Part shown: positions 9,539 to 18,772 of the stretch, one piece after another
Position numbering within the stretch: position 1 is the first letter of the stretch
Layout of the letters: each line of letters starts with the position of its first letter
Virus record (IMG/VR): IMGVR_UViG_3300026097_000010
Span: 64,001 to 128,000 of that record
Direction: 5' to 3' (one strand)
Origin: a virus
DNA length: 64,000 nt
Translations under genes and position numbers: made by a program
Notes under the pieces: generated by a model
The model's input: the letters and a program-made list of their open reading frames with translations, nothing else
Told to the model about the DNA's origin: nothing
The model's database searches: none

Positions 9539-12343
9539 TTAACCTAGGATAAGACTATAAACGTTAGCAAAATCTTCTTGAATTTCTTCAGTGACTTCTT
9601 CACCAGCTCCTGTTGCAATTACATAGACATTGCCGTCAAAACATTCAAGATAGCCTTCTTCTGTGTTCCAGCGAGTATCACCTATTTCGGTCGTCGACGG
9701 ACGAGTCGAATTGTCTCCAGCAGGCAGAACAAATGCATTTGTGCCAGCAAATTGATAATATCCTCTATCTGTACCAGTAAACGATATAGGATCATTATTG
9801 TTTAAATTAGTAATGTAATCATTAGGAGCAAACGAATTAATAGTTAGTGTAACAAAATCTCTAGTAATTCTATCGTACATATAGATATTAGTATCAGTAA
9901 CAGCTATAATGTCAACTCGAGATTCATTTACAGATTCTCCATTTACAGCAAAATTTCCAATAGCCGACGGATCGGGACTAATATTCGATCTTCTGATATC
10001 ATAATCTCCTTGGAGAGAAGATCTGTAGATTTGTATGGTATCTGAAGGTGCTCCACTACTAGGCTGATAATATATTTCTCTAGGATTATTTGTATCCACA
10101 AACGTAGAAAATTTGTAAAAACTATAACCTATATAGTTTATGTTAGATGTAGTTGAACTAGCTGATGATAAATCGTGTCCAGTAGAAAGTGTAAATGTTT
10201 CAACATCGCCAAATGAACTATGAATAATAACTCTTGTGCCGTCAGCATTTACGTATATATTTCCAAACGAATTATTAATCGATGCATCGATAGTTGTAGA
10301 ACTTAGTAATGATGATGTTGTTAGATCATAAGGTGTTGTTAAATTATAGTTTTTAAGTATCTTATTATATGATGAATCTCTTAACATATAATAAAAATGA
10401 GTTCCATCTGGGCTAAATGTAAAAAATGATAGTCCTATGGTATACGGTGATGATTTATCTACTAAAATAGATTGAGATTGTACAACACTCGAAAAATCAT
10501 AGGGTGCATTTAAATCATATCTTCTTACAGTTTCGAAACTAGTTTGCCATCTAAAAAGAATTGTTCCTGTAGGGTCTATTTTCCATATATCGTCTGAATT
10601 AGCAGCAAATGCATTAACTTGGCTTACTATACCACCATTTATTAACGGAATATCGGGATAAAAATCTGTTCTAAATGAATAAATTGTACTACCAGATGCT
10701 GTGAATATTTTTTTACCGTCCGATGCTAATGCCATACAAGAGCCAATCACCGAACTAATACTATGAAACTCGTCAGTATGTTCAAGGCCGGCCCAATCTA
10801 TTGTTTTAACAATCTGGTTAAGACTGTCATCTAGTACTATAAGATCTTTTTCGTCAGGTGTAAGAAGTACACTATTAATATCGCTTGACCATCTTGAGGT
10901 GTTAAATCCGTCAATTATTGATAGTCCTGACGAAATATCCCAATTATTAGTTAAACCTATTTTCCACCAAGTTCCTCTTGAAGAAGTATTACTTCTAGCG
11001 TAGAAATACATAAATTTTCCATTTGGACTAAATCGCAGATCACTAAAATAACTTGCAGTTCGGGGAGATGTTCCTGTAGAATCTAGTGTTGCGGTTGTTA
11101 AATCAAATGGAGTAGTCATTGTATACTTGTATATAGATGCTGTATTCTCAATAATGAAAAGCATTGTGCCGTCTTCACTGAGAGTAACTCCACATCTAAA
11201 CATATTTGACACTTGTCCAGATACATCTAGAGAAATACCTGTTGTTGTAATTGTTGAAAAATCATAAGGAGTTGCAAGATCATATCTATAAATTATTTCA
11301 GTACCTGCTGCAACTATTAAAATTTTACCGTTGTTAAAAAAGTCAAAACTCGTAATACCGCCGCTAAACCCTAATGTGCTTATATTATAACTACCGTCGG
11401 TTTGTGCACCTGGAAGATAATAAGTTTCTCTTTGGGGTTCAAACATTATTTCTTCAATTCTGGTTGTTTGGGTAGCTGGAAGAATAGTTACATCGTCATT
11501 TGATTGAAGGGCAAAAATTTCGTTATCAACACCATTAATAAATATTTGGTCACTTATTCTAGCATTCACAGGTGTAATTGTATCAATCTCCGAAGTATCG
11601 GTAAAAAAGATATTCTGCCATTGCCCGAAAGACGAATCGGTTTGATTTCTACCAAGGTCGTATGCATTGTCTAATCCTGGTATTAAACTTTGCTGAAGTT
11701 CTACATTAAAATCAACTACATCGTTTTCTGGTTGAGACCCTTCATTGTCAATAACATCGTCACCTAGTATTAACGATCCTTGCTTAGTTAAATTTCCAGA
11801 AATATCAATATTTCCACTTACATATAGATCACCTGTAATATTTGTATTAGCAATTAACTCTATAGTTCCGGTAGCGTTAGGTCTTAACTCTATATTTTGA
11901 TCTGGTATTAATCCTGTTATATTGTTATCGTTAAACTCTAAAGAGTCTGTAATTAATCTGTCGTGTCTGATGTAAGGATTAGTTTGACTAGGAACAAGAT
12001 TAATAGGCCCCACAGATGTAGTAAAATATGAATTTGACTGAACAATAAGATTAGCTATATTAGCTTGACTATTGACTATATTATCTGTAGTAAATATGTC
12101 GTTATTAACATCTAGATCAAAAACTGGAACATCTACATTTATTCCTATTCCTGTACCTTGTAACGATGAAGGAAGAGAAGAATCGTAATTAGGATCGCCG
12201 TATTCGCCGTCTTCTATAAATGGTTCTATAACGGGAGAAACTTTGAGATATAACAGATCTGTATCAAATGCAAGATCGTTACCATCTCGTAAGAGATTGT
12301 CTTTGAGTAAAGGACCGCTGATGCGTCCTATATTTCCTGCCAT
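9539..12343 (-). CDS. Fibre-like structural protein (934 aa) with inserted beta-propeller (putative receptor-binding) region
   Basis: N- and C-termini colinear with the 350-aa ORF; middle has repeated FSPDG/FSPNG and YxLxTP(Y/F)D(F/L)S/T blades. Confidence 0.75.
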   Translation of the reverse strand: MAGNIGRISGPLLKDNLLRDGNDLAFDTDLLYLKVSPVIEPFIEDGEYGDPNYDSSLPSSLQGTGIGINVDVPVFDLDVNNDIFTTDNIVNSQANIANLIVQSNSYFTTSVGPINLVPSQTNPYIRHDRLITDSLEFNDNNITGLIPDQNIELRPNATGTIELIANTNITGDLYVSGNIDISGNLTKQGSLILGDDVIDNEGSQPENDVVDFNVELQQSLIPGLDNAYDLGRNQTDSSFGQWQNIFFTDTSEIDTITPVNARISDQIFINGVDNEIFALQSNDDVTILPATQTTRIEEIMFEPQRETYYLPGAQTDGSYNISTLGFSGGITSFDFFNNGKILIVAAGTEIIYRYDLATPYDFSTITTTGISLDVSGQVSNMFRCGVTLSEDGTMLFIIENTASIYKYTMTTPFDLTTATLDSTGTSPRTASYFSDLRFSPNGKFMYFYARSNTSSRGTWWKIGLTNNWDISSGLSIIDGFNTSRWSSDINSVLLTPDEKDLIVLDDSLNQIVKTIDWAGLEHTDEFHSISSVIGSCMALASDGKKIFTASGSTIYSFRTDFYPDIPLINGGIVSQVNAFAANSDDIWKIDPTGTILFRWQTSFETVRRYDLNAPYDFSSVVQSQSILVDKSSPYTIGLSFFTFSPDGTHFYYMLRDSSYNKILKNYNLTTPYDLTTSSLLSSTTIDASINNSFGNIYVNADGTRVIIHSSFGDVETFTLSTGHDLSSASSTTSNINYIGYSFYKFSTFVDTNNPREIYYQPSSGAPSDTIQIYRSSLQGDYDIRRSNISPDPSAIGNFAVNGESVNESRVDIIAVTDTNIYMYDRITRDFVTLTINSFAPNDYITNLNNNDPISFTGTDRGYYQFAGTNAFVLPAGDNSTRPSTTEIGDTRWNTEEGYLECFDGNVYVIATGAGEEVTEEIQEDFANVYSLILG

Positions 12344-12362
12344 TAGTTGCTCCTAATAGCAG

Positions 12363-12368
12363 TATTTA
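12363..12368 (-). promoter_or_regulatory. Late promoter box TAAATA
   Basis: GGTAAATACT upstream of AGGAG SD and ATG 12343. Confidence 0.6.
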
Positions 12369-12374
12369 CCGAGA

Positions 12375-12902
12375 TTAGTTGGCAAATCCGTAGTAGATAG
12401 TTACATACTTTCCTGAAGGTACAGGCGACGTAAATTTTAAATACCATCCATCGCTGTATGGAGAATTTGGGCCTGTTAAGCTTCCGCTTACACTTTGTTC
12501 TAGTGTAAAGTTTGTAGTGGAAATCTGCATAACATTTTCAACTAAAACAATAATATTATCAACCGCATCTGGTATAATACTTAACGAACCGAATACAGTT
12601 TCTGTATCATCTCCTGGACCTAACGTTTGTTTAGTAATAGTAGATGCACCCGGAGCTCGAACAATTTCCCAAGAGCCGCCGACATATGCTTCGATAGAAT
12701 TTGTATCTGTGTTATAACGAATATATCCTTCAGCATCTTCTGGCTGTCTAACACCTGTAATATCAGGACGTTGTGCTTCTGTTCCCTTTGGAAGCATAAC
12801 AGCTCCGGATATATCCATTACCGCTCGCCCGTAAGGATTTATCTGAAATGAATTATCACTAGGACTGTATTTTGATGTATTTTGTGATTTTAAAAACTTC
12901 AT
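12375..12902 (-). CDS. Structural protein (175 aa)
   Basis: PKGTEAQRP...GYIRYNTDTNSIEAYVGGSW motif shared with the 350- and 934-aa ORFs; ATGA overlap with the upstream gene. Confidence 0.7.
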   Translation of the reverse strand: MKFLKSQNTSKYSPSDNSFQINPYGRAVMDISGAVMLPKGTEAQRPDITGVRQPEDAEGYIRYNTDTNSIEAYVGGSWEIVRAPGASTITKQTLGPGDDTETVFGSLSIIPDAVDNIIVLVENVMQISTTNFTLEQSVSGSLTGPNSPYSDGWYLKFTSPVPSGKYVTIYYGFAN

Positions 12903-13261
12903 ACTTGTAAGAAACTCACTGTAACAGCAAGTAAACTTCCTGTATCTGTACCAACCTGGATAGTATCGCCTGCTCCTAAAATAATTTTTTCATCGCTAAA
13001 AAACACAGTTTCGCCTGCAGGAATTGTAAGATTACTAACTATTGTGTTTGCGGCTGTTCTTCCTGATGTAACCAAGAATACTTTACAGTCTACGGAATTT
13101 ACTGATTCATCTGTTAAATTCGGTGATCCTGTATTACAAAGAATCATAGTGGTGATAGCATTGCTAACCTGTGTGCTTGCCGATTCACCATCTGTAGTGC
13201 TGGTGAAAACTGTTTCCGGAGTATCAACATCTGTTGATGTAACTAGTGTACTTTTTATCAT
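12899..13261 (-). CDS. Small beta-sandwich structural protein (120 aa), paralog of 8029..8361
   Basis: ITTMILCN...IPAGETVFFSDEKIILGAGD...VTVSFLQV. Confidence 0.7.
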   Translation of the reverse strand: MIKSTLVTSTDVDTPETVFTSTTDGESASTQVSNAITTMILCNTGSPNLTDESVNSVDCKVFLVTSGRTAANTIVSNLTIPAGETVFFSDEKIILGAGDTIQVGTDTGSLLAVTVSFLQV

Positions 13262-13270
13262 TTTGTTCTC

Positions 13271-14284
13271 TTAAAATATCATACTAAACAACAATGCTCT
13301 ATTTTTACTTATTAATTCTCCGCCTTCTACGTTAGAGTTTGAAAAATAAAGACCTGTAGCACCAACACTTGGATCTTGAGCATTGATTGTTACAGATCCT
13401 GCTACATAGTTTACACTGTTTGAAATTTTTTCTAGCTGTATCGCATAATTTGTTTTTATTTTGCCAGTGCCGCCTGTTCGGAGATATAGATTTGTTTCAC
13501 TGTTAGAATCGTCATAATCTTCGGTTCTAATTTCAATATTTTCTCCGTCGATTTCTATTCCCGTTCTACCAACTTCACCTATTAATACTCTATCTTGATA
13601 ATATTGCGAAACTAATACGCCGTCAACAAGAACTGATATTGCACTAGTTAGCGGAGCTGGATAACTTGTTAAAGTAGCAAAATCACTACCAGCATCTGTA
13701 ACATCTAAATCTGTAACAACTATTCTTGTGTCGTCATCAACAATCTGAAACGTAGGGTTATCTCGAATGGCAGCATCGACATATGCTTTATTCGGAATGT
13801 CATCTGGATCGGTAATTTGATCTTCATAGTTTGTAGTGCCTCTAACGGTTATTACGCCGGTGCCGTTTCCTACTAAAACTAAATCTTGATCACCAGAATC
13901 TGGAGTTAAAATTCTTTTTACTTTTATTGAACTTACTTCGCCGCCGCCGAGTTCATAACTATATGTTCCATCTGAACCGTAGGTAAAAAGAAATGCTTCT
14001 TCAGTGTCGTCGTATATAATATTTGCATTTGACACAGTACCCCTGTCTATTTCTATTCCAGAGTATCTTTTGGTAACGCCAGCACCTGTTTCACCTCTAT
14101 TTAAAAGGATAACATTATCGTCGACTTGTAACTCTTCAGCAGAAATAGTGAGGGTATCACCTTCAACAATTAAGTTTCCAGTGACCCTCACTTCGCCTAT
14201 ACTCGGACCGGTATCTAAGGTAATAATTCCTTCGGCACGAGTTTTAATAGTATAATCGCCATTAGTTTGTATAAACTGGCTCAT
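13271..14284 (-). CDS. Fibre-like structural protein (337 aa)
   Basis: VTGNLIVEG..LQVDDNVILLNRGE..SGIEIDRG and IPNKAYVD fibre motifs; hydrophobic C-terminus ALLFSMIF. Confidence 0.7.
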   Translation of the reverse strand: MSQFIQTNGDYTIKTRAEGIITLDTGPSIGEVRVTGNLIVEGDTLTISAEELQVDDNVILLNRGETGAGVTKRYSGIEIDRGTVSNANIIYDDTEEAFLFTYGSDGTYSYELGGGEVSSIKVKRILTPDSGDQDLVLVGNGTGVITVRGTTNYEDQITDPDDIPNKAYVDAAIRDNPTFQIVDDDTRIVVTDLDVTDAGSDFATLTSYPAPLTSAISVLVDGVLVSQYYQDRVLIGEVGRTGIEIDGENIEIRTEDYDDSNSETNLYLRTGGTGKIKTNYAIQLEKISNSVNYVAGSVTINAQDPSVGATGLYFSNSNVEGGELISKNRALLFSMIF

Positions 14285-14292
14285 TGTTTACC

Positions 14293-14730
14293 TTACTTCT
14301 GTACGTCGATATTTGCTATAGTGAATCCGTCGCCTAAAATTGAATTATCTTTTCCTGGATTTTCCGATAACTGGTAAGTTAGATGAATCATATTGCTAGG
14401 GTCATCATCTGGCTGGCAACTAACCGTTCTGTTATGCAACTTAGTTACATAGTAAACAGCAGAGTCATTTAATGCTCCGTCTGCATCATCGTCAATTGTT
14501 ACAGCAATGCAAAATTCACCAACTCCCGGAGTTGCTTTTCCTACCAGTGAAAGTTTTTCACTGTTTTCACTATTTTTTACAATAAATTGAAGAGAGCTTC
14601 GTTGGCGATCAATGTAAAGAGGATCAGCAATGTCTCCTGATATTACTCCTCCGGTACTAAATCTTGCTGAAGTTACTTCGATTTTAGCCGTACCTTGACC
14701 AATTTTTCTTTCTTGAATAGGGCGTCCCAT
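14293..14730 (-). CDS. Hypothetical virion protein (145 aa), possible head decoration
   Basis: First gene after the capsid terminator, with its own late promoter and strong AAGGAG SD. Function inferred from position only. Confidence 0.6.
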   Translation of the reverse strand: MGRPIQERKIGQGTAKIEVTSARFSTGGVISGDIADPLYIDRQRSSLQFIVKNSENSEKLSLVGKATPGVGEFCIAVTIDDDADGALNDSAVYYVTKLHNRTVSCQPDDDPSNMIHLTYQLSENPGKDNSILGDGFTIANIDVQK

Positions 14731-14749
14731 TTGTTTTCTCCTTTTTTAG

Positions 14750-14824
14750 AAGTCCGATGCAGGTTCTAGCTGCTACGCTGTGGGTACAGCATAAGTCCAC
14801 CTTTTAGGGGCACACTATCTGACA
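14750..14824 (-). promoter_or_regulatory. Structured 5' leader (four-way-junction-like cis RNA) of the 145-aa gene
   Basis: Minus strand: GUCAGAU/AUCGGAC closing stem, CCU-AAA-AGG, UAUGCUGU-ACCC-ACAGCGUA, GCAG-CUAGAAC-CUGC; GGACUU occurs twice. Confidence 0.55.
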
Positions 14825-14828
14825 AAAG

Positions 14829-14835
14829 TATTTAT
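14829..14835 (-). promoter_or_regulatory. Late promoter box ATAAATA
   Basis: Lies between the gp23 terminator and the structured leader. Confidence 0.75.
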
Positions 14836-14859
14836 CATTATTTTAGATACTATAGTCAT

Positions 14860-14883
14860 AAAAAAAGGCCCCGTAGGGCCTTT
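14860..14883 (-). terminator. Rho-independent terminator after the major capsid gene
   Basis: AAAGGCCC-UACG-GGGCCUUU followed by a U-tract on the minus strand. Confidence 0.9.
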
Positions 14884-14905
14884 CGATGTGCATAAAGTAT
14901 AAAAC

Positions 14906-16081
14906 TTATGCGAAGCGTAGGTTTGCAGCTGTAACCGCAACTTTGCCAAGATAATCAGCAGCATTACCAAGAGATGATGCTGTGTTAGTTAGTTCTACAT
15001 AACCATATCTGGTCATGAAGCTAACTACTGGCTCGAAAGTTGACGGATCAAGTACAACACCAGAACTCATTAGAGGAATGTATGGGCAATAGAACGCTGC
15101 CGCATCTGATTCCGAAGTACCTTTGTATCCTACGATAACGTCATCGCTAGTAGCGTAGCCGTTAACATAAACACGCATTGCTGAGTTTAGTGTACCAACA
15201 AACTTGGTGTTAGTTGGAGCTTCGAAAGTACCTTCTGTAGTACGAGCAAACGCACTAGTTGTAGCACTTTGTAGAAGTGTTAGTACTGTTGGTGAAACAA
15301 CAGCCCAGTTACCAGCACCACGACGTGTACGCTGAGCAATCAAGTTACTTACACGGTTGATTTGAACAGCTAATGCAGCATGCTCGTCACCAACGAAAGT
15401 AGCAGTACCTGAAACGGCAGCTTGATCATATGTCAAAGCGGCTGTGCCAGCTAGTGTGCCTAGTGAAGCAAGAATTTCTTGATCAATTTCAGCGGTAATT
15501 TCTTGAGCAAGAGCAGCCATAATTTCTGCTTCTACATCAATACCTTGCTGAGCTTGTGCATCCTGTGCTGATTCGAAAGTCCAACGTGCGCTGAGCTTAC
15601 GAGTTTTAGCTTCTACAGTTTGCTTCAAGATTTGAATTGACATTCTGTTTCCAGCTGTACCTTCTAAAGCTGCTGTACTAGCTGCCTTGTCAGTAGCTGC
15701 AGAACCTGAATATCCTTCTGCAATCTTGAATGGCGAAAGTGCTTCTTCACCTGCTGTTGTATCAGTTCCACTTGCGCTATTGAACGAATCTGAATAACGA
15801 ACACGTAGTGTGTGGATTTGACCAACTGGTCCTGTCATTGGCTGTACACCAACTAATTCATTTGCAATGACCGTAGGCATTACACGTCTGATCACAGGAA
15901 GGATCACACGATTTAGTGTTGCAACGTTACCGGCGGAAGTAGCACCAGCTGTAGCTGACTCTGCGAGATACTTGCGAGTGTTCTCAAGAGTCGTCTCCAT
16001 AACTGAACGCTTGTTACCTTGAAGGCCTTCTAGTAGTGCCCCTTTAGTCTCCGACCAGCGTGACTCGAGTAATTGTGACAT
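14906..16081 (-). CDS. gp23: Major capsid protein (T4 gp23 family)
   Basis: LPVIRRVMPTVIANELVGVQPMTGP, VEAKTRKLSARWTFE, EITAEIDQEIL, FYCPYIPL, FMTRYG motifs. Start moved to MSQLLES (16081) because of the AGGAG SD. Confidence 0.97.
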   Translation of the reverse strand: MSQLLESRWSETKGALLEGLQGNKRSVMETTLENTRKYLAESATAGATSAGNVATLNRVILPVIRRVMPTVIANELVGVQPMTGPVGQIHTLRVRYSDSFNSASGTDTTAGEEALSPFKIAEGYSGSAATDKAASTAALEGTAGNRMSIQILKQTVEAKTRKLSARWTFESAQDAQAQQGIDVEAEIMAALAQEITAEIDQEILASLGTLAGTAALTYDQAAVSGTATFVGDEHAALAVQINRVSNLIAQRTRRGAGNWAVVSPTVLTLLQSATTSAFARTTEGTFEAPTNTKFVGTLNSAMRVYVNGYATSDDVIVGYKGTSESDAAAFYCPYIPLMSSGVVLDPSTFEPVVSFMTRYGYVELTNTASSLGNAADYLGKVAVTAANLRFA

Positions 16082-16094
16082 TATAGTTCTCCTA

Positions 16095-17183
16095 TTATAG
16101 TCCCGCAAGCCTGCGGATGTCAAAAATTTCTGCACCTTTCGATTCGGTGCTAGCTGTTTGTGCCTGTTCTTTATTGCCTGTTACTTCTTTCGCCTCGGTT
16201 AACGCTTTCTTAGTGGGTCTTCCTCCGTCCATAACGGCTGGAAGATACTTGTCAAAAGCTTTTTGTAGTTTGTCAGTTTGAACTGATTCAAGAAGTTCAT
16301 TCATTACTTCGCGCTTGTCTTTGCCAAGCGGTCCTAGTAACTCATTCATTACTTCAGCTCTCTGTTGAGATTCAGTAATTTTCTTGATTTCGCTCTCACG
16401 ACTTTCTACTTCTTGTTTAGCTTCAGCAACAATTTGCGCCGCTTCTTCGAGTTCTTGCTGTTTCTGCTGAACAACTTTTAGTAGTTTAGCAGTTTCGCTT
16501 TTCTCGTTGAGGTGACTTGTTGCATATTCGCTAGCAAAACTTTCAAAGATCCTACGACCAAAGTCATTTCTGCGTGCTGCTTCAATGTCTTCTTTCAGTT
16601 GAGTCATTTCAGTACGCAATCCTGTTGAGATTGTGTTTTCGATAACTTTAACTGAACGCTTGAGAAATTCTTTTTTAACTGATTCAAACTTGTCTCTGCT
16701 TTCTTTAACTAGGCGTACCTTAGTTTCTGCTAGGTCTTGTTTGTCAACGTGGAATTCTGCGATTTCTTTCGCTAGTGCATCCACAATAAAAGATTCTAAT
16801 TTAGCTACATTGTTTGCAACTGCCTTTCGATCTTCGTGTAGTTCAGCAAGCTCTTTCTTCAAATTTTGAAGAACAAATGATTCCATTGTTACAGAATCGT
16901 TTTTCATTTTTTGAATATATTTTGCTCTTGCTTCGATTAATCCCTGACGGTCTTCTGCAAATTCACCTAGCTCTGCCTGGAGGCGGTCTGCTAGCATGTC
17001 TTCAACAGCTTCAACCATTGCTGATTTATCGTGCTCGTATTTTTGAGCAAACTCTTCACGAAGTTCTTGAGTGACTAGTTCGCGGTTTTCTTGAATCTTG
17101 CTTTGCCAAGCTGACTCAATTTCCGATTTCATTTCTTCGGAAATCACATCATTTTCTAACAATTGTTGTACAAAATCTTGCAT
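16095..17183 (-). CDS. gp22: Prohead core scaffolding protein (gp22-like)
   Basis: Coiled-coil, E/K-rich, GRRIFESF motif, located between protease and capsid genes. Confidence 0.8.
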   Translation of the reverse strand: MQDFVQQLLENDVISEEMKSEIESAWQSKIQENRELVTQELREEFAQKYEHDKSAMVEAVEDMLADRLQAELGEFAEDRQGLIEARAKYIQKMKNDSVTMESFVLQNLKKELAELHEDRKAVANNVAKLESFIVDALAKEIAEFHVDKQDLAETKVRLVKESRDKFESVKKEFLKRSVKVIENTISTGLRTEMTQLKEDIEAARRNDFGRRIFESFASEYATSHLNEKSETAKLLKVVQQKQQELEEAAQIVAEAKQEVESRESEIKKITESQQRAEVMNELLGPLGKDKREVMNELLESVQTDKLQKAFDKYLPAVMDGGRPTKKALTEAKEVTGNKEQAQTASTESKGAEIFDIRRLAGL

Positions 17184-17193
17184 GTGATTCTCC

Positions 17194-17823
17194 TTATTTG
17201 AGTCCTGAAATGATTGTTTTCAGGCTCTCTGCAATATATTGTTGTGCCTTTGGATCGCCTTGCACTTCTTTCGAAGTTAAAATTGCCTTGTATCCACCTG
17301 TTTGATTCATTAGGTGTTCGTAAACCGGTGTAGGATAAGCTCCCGGAGCAGAAGGTTGGGCAACAATGTCTACAGTAATAATTTCAAAACCTTGAACATT
17401 ACCGCTGCTGTCAACTTCTCCGCTTCCTCTTGAGCTTACGCCTAGTTTTACTCCCGACTCCAGCATGGTCTGTATTAGTTGTCCCATTGGAGTTGGAAGT
17501 ATTTTTAGTTTTCCGTAGCCATTTGGACCGTCCATCCACATTTTAGTAATCATGTGACTAACACGGTCCAAATTGATCTTTAAATCCTCAGGGTGATCAA
17601 CTTCGCCGCAGACTGAATAACCACCAGCGATCTGTTCATTGAGCGTTTCAACAGCCCTGCCGATTTCTTTAGAAGAATATACACGCTGGTTCTGATTTCG
17701 GATATCACCCTGAATACAGATGCCATTCATGTAAAGTGACTTTTGATCACCTTCTTCGGATCGCTCCAGTACAATCTTTGCCTGGTCGAAACTCAAATGT
17801 TCTGCGAGAACGTTTCTCACCAT
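17194..17823 (-). CDS. gp21: Prohead core protease (T4 gp21 family)
   Basis: NQNQRVY, GEVDHP, INLDRVSH, TPMG, LGVSSRGSG and DIVAQPSAPGA motifs. Confidence 0.95.
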   Translation of the reverse strand: MVRNVLAEHLSFDQAKIVLERSEEGDQKSLYMNGICIQGDIRNQNQRVYSSKEIGRAVETLNEQIAGGYSVCGEVDHPEDLKINLDRVSHMITKMWMDGPNGYGKLKILPTPMGQLIQTMLESGVKLGVSSRGSGEVDSSGNVQGFEIITVDIVAQPSAPGAYPTPVYEHLMNQTGGYKAILTSKEVQGDPKAQQYIAESLKTIISGLK

Positions 17824-17830
17824 CTACTCC

Positions 17831-18709
17831 TTAAGATCTTTTGCCACGGAAAAGACTGCCGGTGTTATCGGCGCCGCTTTCGCTATTTGCCGCTCCACCT
17901 GATACTTTTGACATGCTCTTAGAAGCTTTGCCACCTGGCTTATTAACGTTGCCCATGTCATCTTCTTTTGGCTTGTCTGCTGTACGACCTTTTTCATCTG
18001 TCTTATCGCTTAAGATGTTTGCAGTAGTACCGCCCATGTCATTTTTCATATTGTCAACGACTGATTTAGTGTTTACGTTACTAACCGAAGTACCGTGGCT
18101 AGATCCAGCAACACCTTTACCTTCGTCGCCGCCTTTTGCGTTTTCGTAAGCACCAATTTTCTCAACATATTCACGAACAGTAGCAAGTTCAGCGTCGAAG
18201 TTATCTTTCATTTCTTCATCTTCGTCTCCCATGTCCATGTCGTCTTCGTCGCCCATGTCCATTTCTTCGCTGTCGTCTCCGCCTTTTAGTTCGTCAAACT
18301 TGGCTTGTAATTCATCGACAATGTCTTCTAGATCTTGGAAAAGTTCTTCTTCGTCAGCATCGCCCATATCTTCTTCGTCGTCCATGTCCATTTCGTCGTC
18401 AGACTCAATGTCACCAACTAAATCGTCAGTTTCGTCGCCGCCCATCATGTCTTCTTCGTCATCATCGGCTTCAATTACGTCATCGTCGAACAAGTCTTCT
18501 GAAACTTCTTCATCATCTTCGTCTTCTTCAGTAGACTCATCTACTTCTTCTTCATCTTCGTCTTCATCATCCATTTCTTCTTCAATGAGTGATTCGTAAA
18601 TTTCACGAGACTTAGCTACCACATACTCGTGGAATAGCTCTTCGGCTTTGTCTTGCTCATCGTTTACAAGATGCTCAAGCATTTGTTCTAGCGTTTCTTT
18701 TTGTGCCAT
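17831..18709 (-). CDS. Highly acidic prohead core protein (gp67-like position)
   Basis: Very D/E/M-rich low-complexity protein between portal and protease; own TAAATA box and AGGAG SD. Confidence 0.6.
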   Translation of the reverse strand: MAQKETLEQMLEHLVNDEQDKAEELFHEYVVAKSREIYESLIEEEMDDEDEDEEEVDESTEEDEDDEEVSEDLFDDDVIEADDDEEDMMGGDETDDLVGDIESDDEMDMDDEEDMGDADEEELFQDLEDIVDELQAKFDELKGGDDSEEMDMGDEDDMDMGDEDEEMKDNFDAELATVREYVEKIGAYENAKGGDEGKGVAGSSHGTSVSNVNTKSVVDNMKNDMGGTTANILSDKTDEKGRTADKPKEDDMGNVNKPGGKASKSMSKVSGGAANSESGADNTGSLFRGKRS

Positions 18710-18744
18710 GATATATTCTCCTATCGTGATAAGGCTGTCATTAC

Positions 18745-18750
18745 TATTTA
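18745..18750 (-). promoter_or_regulatory. Late promoter box TAAATA
   Basis: GTAAATAGT upstream of the acidic core gene. Confidence 0.6.
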
Positions 18751-18772
18751 CATTATAGTTACAAAACTATGG

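Noticed and set aside
16082-16135. ORF-track N-terminal extension of gp23
   Set aside because: It overlaps the scaffold gene; the AGGAG SD supports ATG 16081.
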